In this document: one piece after another, positions 13,135-25,890 of the stretch
How the letters are laid out: every line of letters begins with the position of its first letter
Position numbering within the stretch: the first letter of the stretch is position 1
NCBI RefSeq assembly: GCF_009834535.1
Contig: NC_045697.1
Location: 113,958,001 to 114,022,000, forward strand
Reading direction: 5' to 3'
From: Camelus ferus
Lineage: Eukaryota
DNA length: 64,000 nt
The notes under the pieces: model-generated
Told to the model about the DNA's origin: nothing
The model's input: only the letters and a program-made list of their open reading frames with translations
Databases searched by the model: none
Translations under genes and position numbers: made by a program

Positions 13135-13372
13135 GGATTGACATGTATATATTAACAAGGACTAATATTATATACTATACATATATATAATATATAGGAT
13201 TATATATTATATATAATAGTATTATATATTAAGATTGACATATATGTTAATATGGACTAATGTTATACATTATACATATATTATATATATTAGGATTCTA
13301 TATATTATATATATAATAAGATTATATATATGGATTGATATATATATATTAACAAGGACTAATATTATATAT
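13135..13372. repeat. AT-rich tandem repeat, about 97-100 bp unit, about 2.4 copies
   Basis: Unit heads (g/a)gattga...ggactaat start at 13135, 13232 and 13332. Confidence 0.85.
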
Positions 13373-16300
13373 TACCAAGGCTTAAGAGAACACATCATGT
13401 CCGTAAGCACAGAAATATGTTCAAGGCATAATCATTGACCGTATTTAATACTTCTTACCACACCTACATTATGGAAGTGTTGATAAGGTGAACTGATAAC
13501 TTGCTATTGTTTGCTACTGTTATTATTATATCATTTTAACTCTGTCGGCCTCCACATATCTAAAAAAGTTTTTCCTATGGTTCTCTTTGAGCTCATGCAG
13601 CTAATGTAAATACAAAACAGAAAGAAGATGATCACATTCTTTTGGAGCTTTTTAATTTAACGTAGTTATCAGTCATTTGAAACATATGATTGTTAAGGGT
13701 AATACCTGTCTTTTTACATAGGTCTTAGGTATTTTGCTCGTGCACTTTCTAATCGGTTGCATAGAAAATGTTCACAATGTTCAGGCTTGACTGAGTTCAT
13801 TTCAAAAGACTATAATCTTCAAACCCATGAATCGATTTATGACACACTTGATGACGGGGGAAAATGTAGTTAAGAGGGAACATTTTATACGGGTAATACT
13901 GGAATTTTGGATCTAGGAATATTCCTTTGGAATGAACTTACGGAGACACTGAAAACAGAAAACAAAGTGAAAGTTTCTCAAAGACCAGACACACATGATT
14001 TTTTTTTTTTTTTTTCCTAAACACTTTGTCAAGTGCTCAGGGATAGCAGGAGAAAATCATTTTACAAGACCTTCAGTTTGTTGCTTAAAACGGCAGGGTG
14101 ATTTCAGACAATGAGAAATGTTCCACACCTGTGTGGATTTTATGCCTCTAGGTTCTTCTAATTCTATTGCTTCATATTGGCCATCTCACTGTATCATCTT
14201 CGTCAACTGTATTTATAGTGCTACCACGTTGCCTCTTAAAAAATGGCACATTTTAAATCTTGTGATGAGTAAATCTAAAAGGAATTGATGGCTTTGTTTG
14301 ATTAAGCGCTTCCTCTCTTCCCTTCATAGCAAATGTATTTCAGAGTACGATCTGTAAAGCAATAAAGTTTTAAAAATTGTTTTATTATTTATTTAAATGT
14401 AGTATTTGCATAAGATACTCATATGAAATGGATTATTTAATTTGCATTAAATTAATATTTGATTCCAATGTAACGGGTTTTGCTTTTGTTTTCATTTTAT
14501 TTTGTTTTCAGCGTGGGACTGAGAGATGCCTTCTCTTATTAATACTGACAGGAGACAGTTCAATGCCAATTTGGAAAGGTTTCACAATTATACAGCATTG
14601 TGTTAACATTCTTCTGGGGAGAAGAACATAAATAATGTTCTCTTGATTTTTTTTTATTATGTGTGTTTTGATTACTATGTTTTAATTAAGAATTTGCTGT
14701 ATAACATCAAGTATACTGTCAAAGTTTTCTTTTCACTTATTACTTTTCTTTACATATTTTTTTATATATGAAGACCTGCAGAGTTTTTTTTTTTTTTTTT
14801 TTTGGAAATATTAAATTCCACTTGTGTTCCCTGGGAGAACTTTTTTTTAAACTTAAAATGCAAATGATGACAAGTCACACTACAACATTCAACGCATTCT
14901 GCTTATGTAAGAAGTGGCTGTTAACAACACAAATTAATTAAAGATAAAAATAAAGTCTTGAGCAGTGAGGTACCAAAGTTAAATTTAACTTGGAGGTAAC
15001 ACACTGCCAAAGTGTGACTGACCTCTTGTGTATAAAGTCATTTCCACAATGAGAAAAAAATGTCATTTACAAGCACTGTTACAGAAGTATGCGTGCTAAA
15101 TAGCCAAACACATTGCTAGAACAGGGATAAAGAAATTATCAGCAGTTTTATCCTGATTTCTTATTCTAGATATCGTTCTCCTATAATATTAATATACTCA
15201 TATGGACGTATTCAATTAGAATCTTCAATTAAAAACTTGAAAAGAACTCTAGGTATCAGGAACTTTTATGTCTAGACATATTCCCATACATGTGTCTATA
15301 AATAGTCTACATCTATTACTAGAAGCAATTAGCTAAGTACCATCCAATTTTGACTCATTATACTGTTTTTTTCCCTCATCTGTGAGAATTGACTTTAGAC
15401 TACATCAATTCTAAGATGCCTTTCAAATATAAAACTCTAGTTTTTATAAAATTTTATAAAATTCACATTTCATTGAATTTATGTTGGCAGTAAGTTAAAT
15501 TTAGCATATTAATCACTTGCTCTATAGTTTCTGGAAATCACTACAAACAGACAGATTTTTTTTTAATGTATAAAAATTTCCCTAATGCATCATTTGAATT
15601 ATTTCCAGGGTTGTAAATCCAATAAATTCATGACTTTCACATATTATCAATTTGGACCACCAAAGCATTTCTATTAGTTTATGAATTGAATAATAATATG
15701 TCACTTTTTGACTAATATTTATAAAAGACCCTCCGTTCAGGTTGGCATTGTCTTCTTTTCTCCAGACTTTTACGGTGAAGGCCCAGTCATACACCAATAG
15801 AATGTAAAATTAGCATTTTTGTATCCATGTTTATATTTTAAAACACTTATAAATGCAAAAACATTGTCCACTTAACTTTTATCACGAAAGAAGTTAACAA
15901 ACATGCATTTAAATTGCCTAAGGAAATTTCCAAAACAATAATCATTAAATGACTAGCAAATGATATTTCTGTGAAACCCATGTTTTTTTTTTGAATTCTT
16001 AACAACACAAATTTATTTTTTGGACCTACACAATAAATCGTTAATATTTGGTTCATCTTTGCAAGTACAATTACTTGCATGGATTATAGTGTGAGCGCAT
16101 CTCCGTCAGTACACAGGCACAACAAAACAAAACAGAATTTGTTTCCCTAGTTGTTCTCTGAGGCTCTTCCCAAGCATAAAACGTATAATAATAAGGGAAA
16201 TCAAAGAGGTCTAACTTTGTGGGGAAGGGGAGGATTTGGTGGCAAAATCGAAGGATATACAAGAGAAGCAGGTAAAGTCGCCTGGACAATCAGTACTTTT

Positions 16301-16619
16301 GAGTTAATGGGAAAGAAACCTTTCCATGCAAATTCATGGAGGGGCCAGAAGCAAACTGAGTCCAGGGACTGGAATAGTATTGATTTGAGATGGAGAAAAA
16401 AGTCTGATTGGTTCTGCAACTTAAATAACTTATTGTATTGAGAGAGCTAGTCACTTTAAAAAAAAAAAAAAAATTCTTGTGATCTGGCAAGCTGACCACA
16501 AGCTTGGTGATACTGCGGTGCTTTGAGCAGAGGCAGGAGTCCAGAGCTGCAAATGTGGGACCGGGGCCACCAATGCTACAAATAAATAAGCAAAGATGGC
16601 ATTGAAGATGATTATGTTC

Positions 16620-18290
16620 TAGAAGAAATTTTTTTAAGTCTGAAAAATTTATAAATTGATATATTTAAGATCATCAAATAAGTAAAAGAATGCATAATGT
16701 GCAACAATAAGAAGGCATTATGAAATGAAGTCAGGATAAATCAAAGACAAAATAAGTTGATATTTTTAAAAGAGAAAACAATTTGAAACTTTGACAAAAC
16801 AAATAGACCATTAAAGTAACAGTTAAATGGAAAGACATTAGATTATACACAAAAAGAAAAATAAATGATAAATCGCAAAGTACTATTGAGAAATTCGCCA
16901 AGAGGAAATTGCTGAAAAAAAAAAAAAACAGAAGAAAACAATTAACAAGGAGAATATTAAAAGCTACCAAGGAAGAACGCATTGCCTCTAGAGAGTGACA
17001 AATAGATTAACAGATGACTTGTCATCAAAGCAGTACATGCCACAGACATTTGAAAGTGCTGGAGAGGCAACACTACCAACCTAGAATGACTAGCCTCTCT
17101 AAAATATGATCTAATAGTAAGAGCAAGACAAAGATATTTTAAGACACAAAACACAAGAGAATTTGCTTCTCCTTGACCCACACTGAAAAATTATAGAAAA
17201 GTTTACTTCATGCAAGTAAACCACTAGAAATGTGTGATGTGCAAGGAAAAAATGACAAAACAGAAGTTAGATATCACTTTTGACTTTAAATATAATAATC
17301 TATTGTCTTTTAAAAGTGAAGCAGTTATTCTTGTTAATTTCATATAAGATCAAAATATTTAAAGCTTAAGATTTTTTCTTGTTCGGAAGAAAGATCATCT
17401 ATTGAATACTTTGGACAATAGAAACTCCTCTTCAGCTTCTAAGTGAGAAAAAGAGAATGTATTCAAAGTGTATCAATCCAACAGAATGTAGGAGAGGAAA
17501 CAAAAGAATCAAAGATAGACAGTGGTTAAAAAACAACACACATGCAAAAAAAAAAACCTGCAGAAATCTGTTAAAATATGTCTGCAGTCTTAATACATGT
17601 AAAAAATGTATATTCACCTATTAAAGACAGCTTTTCATAAGGGTTTAAAAAATTTCGTGTGCTGCTTAGATAGTAAACCGCTACAGTAAATTTTTGTGAA
17701 GAATTAAAAATAAATGGAAATCAAACATGCATGGCAACACATTCTGCTAAAGACCTTCATGTGCTCATTCTGAAATGGATATGGAAGGAGAAAAGACCAA
17801 GGGTTTTCCTTACTGAATAGCAAGAATTCTTATCAAACTCCAGTCATTACAATCTGTGACATCTGCCTAGGAATAGATAAGTTAATGGAACCAAATAGAG
17901 AATTTAAAAAACCTAATCACAGATGCACCAAACCTAGTATTTAACCAGGACAGAATTATAAAGCAGATAAACTTTTTTCAGAAATTGTAAATAGAATAAA
18001 ATTAAAATGCAAGTAAAATGAAATAAAATAAAAATAAAATAAAATCTTGTCCTCAAGCCACACCTCAGATTAATTCCAGACCAAATAAAAAACTAAAGTG
18101 AAAAAAACTTTAGCTGAAAATAAAATATTTTTGAGAAAAGGAGGATTTTTTTTCTTAAAAATTTTGGCTTTATACCAATCCATTAAATATTTGGATGAAT
18201 TGTATACATTAAATTTGAAATTATATACATTATATTTAAAAGTAAAAACTAGAGACTATAGTCAGAAATTTATTAAAAATACAAGAAGTC
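16620..18290 (+). mobile_element. Ancient L1M relic (ORF1 C-terminal and ORF2 fragments)
   Basis: A-rich strand with degenerate L1 motifs (agattaacagatgacttgtcatca, caacctagaat, attctgaaatggatatggaa, aatggaaccaaatagaga). Confidence 0.65.
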
Positions 18291-21153
18291 AGAAGCCAAA
18301 GCTGAGGGGCGGCTGCATTCCCTGAGGTAGTTTTTTCCCTGTGCTTTTTGGGCAATTCTGCCCTCTAAGGGTTGGTCTCAGCTAATTGTGTGTTTAACTA
18401 CAGGACAGTCAGCGGGCTGAGTCCAGCTTGTACCTTGCTTTTTCAAAAAAAATAATGAAATAAAAGAAGCATTTAAGTGTGCTTGAGGGAAGTTTTGATA
18501 GGCTTTCCAGCTTTTATTCAGTATTTTCTTGGCTCCTCTCTGGGTGCTCAAGGACCCATTCGGCAATAGGTTCCCTTATTAAAGAAACTTGAGAGGCCTT
18601 TCTTTCAACCCCTAGCTGCAAGGCATTGTTAGGGTCATTTCTGGTTCTAATTCCAGGAGAACAAAGGAAGGCAAATAAATGTTAATTGGTCTCCATCCCA
18701 ACCAATTCTGCTGTGAGGTTTACATATTCATGATCCAGAGAAGAAGAGGAATTGAGACCCAAAATGGTTTAAACAAATATATACATAAAATAAAAATATT
18801 GATTGTCAAGTTACTGTAGATTTTGCAGAATTGCAAGGGACTACATTTTTGTTAGCTGCCTTCACATTAGAGGCAGCATCTCGATGGAGTGGCAAGTCAG
18901 CTCCAATTTTATGTAGTTCCATTCCATGTAGTATTTACCCCTCAATTTAATTAGAAGGACTCACCCCCAAAAGCCTCACAGGTGAGATTTTCAGAGATTG
19001 CATTGGTCCCTGTGCCTTGCCTTTATTTTCTTCTAGAAAAATGTGTTTCTAGGTGTAGACTCTAGTAAACTGTTAGTTTTATTGACTGGACTCACGTATC
19101 TGGGCTACCTACACTGGTGGATTTTATGTTGATAGCTTGTTATCAAGATTGTGAAAGCACATGGTATCCTTGTCTCTGAGTAAATATCCCAAATATTCTC
19201 TTTACTGTTACAATATAAAACATTGTATGACTGATTGTGTTTTCCGTCTTCAGTTTTCTTTCTTCCCCTATCTGATAAAATGTTCCTTTTTCTTCTTCTT
19301 CTTAATCCAACCTTTTATCTGTAGTTTACTTGTGAATTTTGAAAACTGTTGGTTATAACATAAAATGCAAGTTCTCTTACGTCACTTGCTGAAAACTACC
19401 TCGACTTTTGCTGGGCTTTTGCTAATTAATGACTTGTGTTTTGATCATTGGTCACCACTGACCGCATACCTGGCTGGAATAGCTCCTGTTAATTCCTGTT
19501 AGGAGTTTCCTGGGAAGTTTCCAATACTCTTGTCTGCTTTGCTTCAGATCTCTGGGAATGTGTCCCTCTTTTGTGACCTAGCTGAAGTTGATCTATATGC
19601 TTTACTATCTGCTTTTCCTATCTCCCAGGAAAACATGGAGGTTTTGATGCTGAGAAACTGTGAGAATCCCCTCCCAGGGAGCTAGAAGTAACTTTAATCA
19701 AGTTTCCTCTTTCTTCTGTACACCAGGTGGCTAAGATCTCCCCTTCTGGGGAGGCATGAGGTCCTTCTGGAAAATATACTGGGTCACAATGACTTCTGCT
19801 GACTCTGAGCTCTATCCTTGGACTCTCCCCACACTTTCCTGAATCTCAGCTAGAAATTCCTCTGAGATTCAGCTGGTCTGAAAGAATGGGAGAGTTTCTC
19901 CGCTGGCATTTCAGTTTTAAATACAGAGGAAAATTAAGTCGTTTCTTATGCAGGAATTCATTGCTAAACTGTGACAGATTTTTTTTTCCCTTCTATACTA
20001 AGTGTAGTTCCAGATTTAAAGAACATAGGCTGCTAGAAAATTTGGTCTGGAATAGGTTGAATTTAAAATGTCTGACATTGACAAAATTGCAATGATTTTT
20101 TTTAATAGCAAATAAAATCTATAACATAGTACCTTTGGGATTTTAGGCAGAGTCAATCCTAAGAGCTGTATTCTCCCTTAATTTACATTTTAAGTGCTCA
20201 TCAAGGTAGAAGGCAATGAATTCAGAAGACATAACCTATAATAATTTTCTCTACTCTTGAACCAGGGCAATATCTTCAAGGTCATATAATATATTATTAC
20301 GTTTAAACTTTCAAAGCATCATTTTTCATTTTTTTCATATTATATCAGGCAAATAGGCAAACTTATTGTAGTTTAGATACAAAGTGGAATAACAGGTCTT
20401 TCACGCCAAGCATATATAAAATTGCTAATTTTTAGCTACCATTTTGCAATATGTAGTAAGTTACATCCGTAGTGTATAGGAGAAAAGAGAGAAAAACTGC
20501 GATCGATGTGGTTGGTTAGTTTTGGTTTGCATAATCACTTCCAGCTGGTACTTACTTTGAAAAGAAAGAAGGTATTTTTTATATCTTTCAGTTTATATTA
20601 CTGTGACATGCAGCTGTTGCTCCTTATTTTTTTTTTTTGATCTAGTATTGAACATAAAAATAAAAAGACAAAGGAGAAATGAACTTTATTATTCTGATTA
20701 AAATTTTCTTGTTTGAATCTAACATTAAGCTGGGATATCAGCTTTCAGAGGTCAGGTAAATGAAGAAAAGTGGAAAAAGGCACTGCAAAAGGATGGCTGG
20801 AAGGTGAAATGAAATGAGACTATTGAGAGATTGAAGGGAAAATGGTTAAAGGTGCCATAAAGGACTCACTTCATGAAGAGGCTTCTGTGCATTAGCTGGG
20901 AGACACTTGTTCAGAAAACAGTTTAGGAACACAGCCATAAGTCTAATCCATTTTTGACTTTTAGGTGAGTGTTATTTCCGCTATAGCATGCTCAGTATTA
21001 AAAGGACTTTTTGGTCAGGTTTTTATAAATCAATATCTTCATTTTATCAAACAAGGAAAAAAAGTGCCTGTTTGGTGTCATATTTCAGGGAAAATAAACT
21101 AACACTCAGAAATTTAACCTGTGTAATAAATTGAATACAGAAATAGAGGAACC

Positions 21154-21315
21154 GGGGGAGGGTGTAGCTCAGTGGTAGAGCACATGCTTAGCATGCACAA
21201 GGTCCTGGGTTCAATCCCCGGTATCACCATCAAATAAATAAATAAGTAAACCTAATTATCTCCCTCCCCCTTCAAATAACAATAAAGTAAATAAAATTGT
21301 TTTAAAAAGTGGAAA
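21154..21315 (+). mobile_element. Vic-1-type tRNA-Ala SINE, long-tail form
   Basis: Intact A box TAGCTCAGTGG and B box GGTTCAATCC. TSD agaaatagaggaacc (21139-21153) / agaagtagaggaacc (21316-21330). Confidence 0.92.
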
Positions 21316-21984
21316 AGAAGTAGAGGAACCATACTGAAGTGGCTTCTTATTTTGAACTAGTCACACATAAGGCAGGTAAGGCAAACAGCAGAGAAATTTA
21401 AGAGCAGCAGGTGAGCTATGTCACAAAACCTCGGTCAGATTAGGACCCGACTGTGACCTGTCACTTTTCACCATGTTATGGGGCAAAGTGGGAGAATGAT
21501 GGTCTGTTACATGTACATAAAAACATACATAATCCAGAATATTAGGATCCAATCTGCTCTAAGATAACTGAGGTCATTCATTGTGAAGAAGAAACTGACA
21601 GCACGTGATTCAATAGGCTGTACACAAAGAACTGAATCAAGTTTAGTTTTAAAATAGTGTCTACTGAAGTCATCATGAAAATGGACATAGGGAATTAAGT
21701 TAACTTCAGGCTACACATAATATGCCTTTTGACTGTTGAATCATGGATGTATTTATAAAGTCCCAGGACTTCTTTGGGAGGATTGAAAATGAGTCACTGA
21801 AGCTTTTATTAGTTTTTTTCTGCCTAAATTTGAGACACGGTGTATACAGGTGGAAGTCCAGCCTACTGTAAGTTTATACAATTTAAGAATATTTCCTGGG
21901 TTAAGCGAGCTAAACCCAAAGTTCATTCTTTAATGAAATAATTCTGTTTTAGCAAGAGCAAAAACAAAAACAAACAAATTCTTT

Positions 21985-22205
21985 AAATATATATACATAT
22001 TCTGTATTATATATATATAACCATTTATGTATGTATAACCAGAAATATCTACATGATTATATAATTATATCTATATATCTAACACAAGTTTTATATATAT
22101 ATTTATTATATATATAATTTTACATATAGAAAATGTAATTATAGTTACAGGAGAATAACTGTAACCATCTGCGTATAACTTGAACCATAACTCTGTATAA
22201 CCATC
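21985..22205. repeat. AT-rich low-complexity region with degenerate tataacca units
   Basis: (TA)n-rich with recurrent taacca, read directly. Confidence 0.6.
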
Positions 22206-24269
22206 TTCCCAGTGAAGATCATGGTGATAGAACAAATGTACAAACAAAAAGTTTTCCAAAAATTCTACTTACACAACAGGATTCTGAAGAGGTGGTGACT
22301 CTGGTGTCCCAGCATTTGGCTTTCAGGAAGCCCAGCAAGTAGCAAATACAAGGGTGAAAGGGCTCAGAGAGATGCTATTTCTAAGCAAAGCTTCATTTGT
22401 GTCTTTGTACCTTTCCTAGAATCCACAGTGAATGGATTCTAGCTGGGTATGTTGCAGCATCTAAAAAATACGACCTGTGTCTTCGGCATCAGGACAGCTG
22501 TGTTCCAAGCCCTCACCGCTCATCTCATAGGCAAACCGCATTCTCACTGGTTTTCCTGTTCCTCGCAAGTAAAAGGAAAGCGTTACACTAGGTCTCTAGT
22601 ATGTTTTTCCGTTTTGTTATCTGGCATTATAGATTGCACTTGAATATTTTATTTAAAAAATTTTTTTCAGTGCTCCAGAAGACTTAATGTAACTGCCACA
22701 TACTTTTGTAAAGCAAAGATGGTTTTGGAAAACAGTATTTCCCCCCTAACATGCTTTTTTCATAATGTCAAATTTTCACTACTTTAAAGCAGGATAATAT
22801 ACATTTTTTTCACTTAAATGGAAGTTAGTGTGAATACTTTCTCCTAATGTGAGCTTAAATTATTATGCATTTTAGACTGCAGTCCTTCTAAAATGGCAAT
22901 GAATATATTTTATCTATATTTAGCATCTTTCAGCTTCAAATTAAGCTGCTATTGAAAGGTATAATTGATTAAAATCTGGACAGTTTTGTTCATCTGAATT
23001 AATGACTCAGATGTCATTAAAATACAAGTTCCTCCTTCTTTGAAAGAGTGAAATTAATTTAATGATCATAATTCTTATTATTTAATGCTTATAATTCTAT
23101 TCTTATCCCAGATATTAAGAAAAAAAGTATACTGCACATTTTATAATCCTTCAACTTAGAGCATTACTTTGAAAAGTTTTAGACACACTCACAACATGAG
23201 CCATAGGATTAAGGATAAAGAAATTTCCATGTTTACTGGTGCTTCTGTATAGATTCGAACCAGTCTTATCCATGCAATCTGGCCATTAAAGCTATTACTC
23301 TCCCATTATGACAGCATTTGTTAGCTTACGTCTTCCCTTACATTGCTCTAAAGCAAATGTAAGTGAAAGATTCCCTCTTCCAGTTGGATAAGGTCTGAAT
23401 AATTGTTTTTTTCTCTATGGCTACTTCTTTTATAGGCTCTCCCTTTATATCTGCCACATTGTGTGTGTCTTCAAAGTAGAACTGTGTAACAGAACCATGG
23501 GTCAAATTTGATCGGAGTCAGCCTTGGACACTTTATCTTGAGAAGTTTCTCTTTCTTTGGAGAGTAATTCAATATAAGCAATTGTATCAGAAAATGTTTT
23601 GGGGTGATTAAATACCACAAGGAAGGTACCATCCCAGCGTGTCTAGTAGGGTACGCATGATCTGTTCTGCCTTTGTTGCTTTCCCTGTGGTTGTACGACT
23701 CTTAGTGTTTTCATTATTTGGTTTTCTTTTGTGTTCAGTGATGCTTGTTAGAATGAGTATTTGGACATAGGACATTGATGGGGAGAATCCATTGCTCTGA
23801 TGAGGATAATTCACTGCTGAATGGAAATAATCTTCTTCCCTGAATGGGAAAGAATCCAATGCCTGTTATAAAACTGGATTCATGGACAATACTTCCTCCT
23901 CAGAGAAATATTAAAGTAGATCTTAACCCCAGAGTTCACAGTGGTGGGTGTCCTGCTAAAGTGGGTCAGGAGATGAAAACAGTCGCTGCAACAGACAAGC
24001 CTGACGGACGTGGGACAGCGTCTCTGGTCCTTGCAGGTTCAGTGGAGCCAAGGCAGGAGAAGGCCCGTCTTTGACAAGTGAGGCTTTTTCAAAAGAACCT
24101 CCGATTGAAAGCCAAGCTCAAAGCTTTTTTGATCCAGGGGTTAAAGAAAAGCCTTTTGCTTCTAGATTGATTTCTTAGTTTTCATGAATATTTTTGATCA
24201 CATGAAGAATTTTAAGCATCCTTTAATGTTATACCTACAATTTAAAATTCATTACTTCATCACCATTAA

Positions 24270-24440
24270 TTAATTGACTAATTAATTAATCAAAACTATG
24301 TATTGAGCTTGTGCTGTGTGCCACATACTGCTCTGATTCACACAAATGATTAACAAAGACCCATCTTTATGGAGAGAACATTCTGGTTGGACAGAGAACA
24401 CACAAGCAAACCAGTGAAAATACCGGATGTCGAATGATGC
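24270..24440 (-). mobile_element. L2 3' end relic
   Basis: tattgagcttgtgctgtgtgccacatactgctct...tttatggagagaacattctggt. Confidence 0.55.
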
Positions 24441-24449
24441 AGACAGCTC

Positions 24450-24810
24450 TGGCCTCCAGTCCTTCTGCTCTGATGAAAATGCCCATCTATCATTGTTCTA
24501 AAATTGCCATTTCAGTCTTCTCACTTCCTCTACCTCCTAGCAGTGTTTAATTTTCTCTTCCAGCCTCTAAACCTGACTGAGGGCTTACTTAGTCTTTAGA
24601 CCTTTTCTCCTCTCTAACTGCTTCCCATTTCATACTGAGATGAGAAGAAATATCAACGTTAACGACCCCAAACAGGTGTCTCCAGCACATCCCTCTCTGC
24701 TGAGCTCTCAGTTCCATATCTCAATGTCCATTTAATATCTCCAATAGGACTACAAAAGGTGTCTCAAAAATAGAAATCATAATTTTCTCTCTCAAACCTG
24801 TGTTCTCTCC
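24450..24810 (+). mobile_element. L2 internal fragment
   Basis: tctccagcacatccctctctgctgagctctcag...atatctcca...tctcaaacctg. Confidence 0.55.
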
Positions 24811-25754
24811 AGATCGATAAATCTACTCAGTAGGAAGAATCTGGTACAAGTGCTAGACTTTATAAGCAAATAAATTTCTTCTTACAGATGGGGTCCAAGT
24901 AAGGCAATCGATTTTGCTTAGATTGTACAGCATGACACAAGGTTTCTCCATCTCATTGAATTCCAGGATACCAAAAAGGGGAAAATCACCCGTGATTATT
25001 TCGGCACCTTCCTGTTATGGAACAGAGCAAAGAGAGGCCAGTGGAAGTTTAGAAACTTGCTAATTGTCACAGAACCAATTTATTGCATATTTCCTTCCAT
25101 ATCCATATGAGGGTGGAAGCCTTCCTAAATCAATAACCATGTGCAAGGTAAACACTCACGGACTGCAGCAGAGAACAGCAGAGCTGGTGTGAGATTGGCA
25201 GGGAAGGTTTCCCAGGGGAGGTGCTGCAGCTATCTCTTGAAAGCTGTCTTTCTAGGATGGAGGGAGACACAGTGAGGGTGCTCCTGGTGAAACTCTTAGG
25301 ATGCTTGACTTCTCTGAAACATTTGATAATATTGGGGATTTGCTCATCCTTGATTTTCTTTGCATTAATAGCCGTGACACTGAAGTTTCCTTCTCTATCT
25401 CAAATGCTGCATTTTGTTCCTAAGGCAATGCTTTAACCCTCTTATTTTGTCTTCCCAAATGCTTAGACATTCAATTATATGGAATCTGTAAACAAATCAA
25501 AATGCCTCTAAATTGAATCTACGGAATAACATAAGTACTCTAAACCCTACTGCCGTAAGCAACATGGCATATTATGCCATATGGTGAAAAAAAATAGTTT
25601 GATTCAGAGGAAAACACTATTTTTGAAGGAAAGAAACCTCTGTCCATCCCCCTTATGATTTTTAAGTCCAACTTTGTTAACTTCAAAGTTAGACAGATAC
25701 CTTTTGGGTACACAAGCATGTTGTTTTCTCTAAGTCAATAGTGAAGTTCTTTTT

Positions 25755-25890
25755 TAAAATTTATTTCTTTGGGGGGAGGAGTTAATTAAGTTTATTTATT
25801 TGTATTTCTTAATGGAGGTACTGGGGATTGAACCCAAGACCTTGTGCATGCTAAGCAAGTGCTCTACCACTGAGCCATTGCCCTCCCCTT
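25755..25890 (-). mobile_element. Vic-1-type tRNA-Ala SINE, long-tail form
   Basis: ggaggtactggggattgaacccaagaccttgtgcatgctaagc...ccctcccc. TSD gtgaagttcttttt (25741-25754) / gtgaagttattttt (25891-25904). Confidence 0.92.

Noticed and set aside
21157..21229. Apparent tRNA-Ala(AGC) gene (similar heads at 787, 8440 and 25890)
   Set aside because: Flanked by TSDs, followed by an A-rich SINE tail, and shows CpG decay in the stems. It is a SINE head, not a tRNA gene.
24265..24290. Perfect hairpin attaattaatt-gact-aattaattaat
   Set aside because: Self-complementary (TAAT)n decay of an L2 tail; expected from low complexity.
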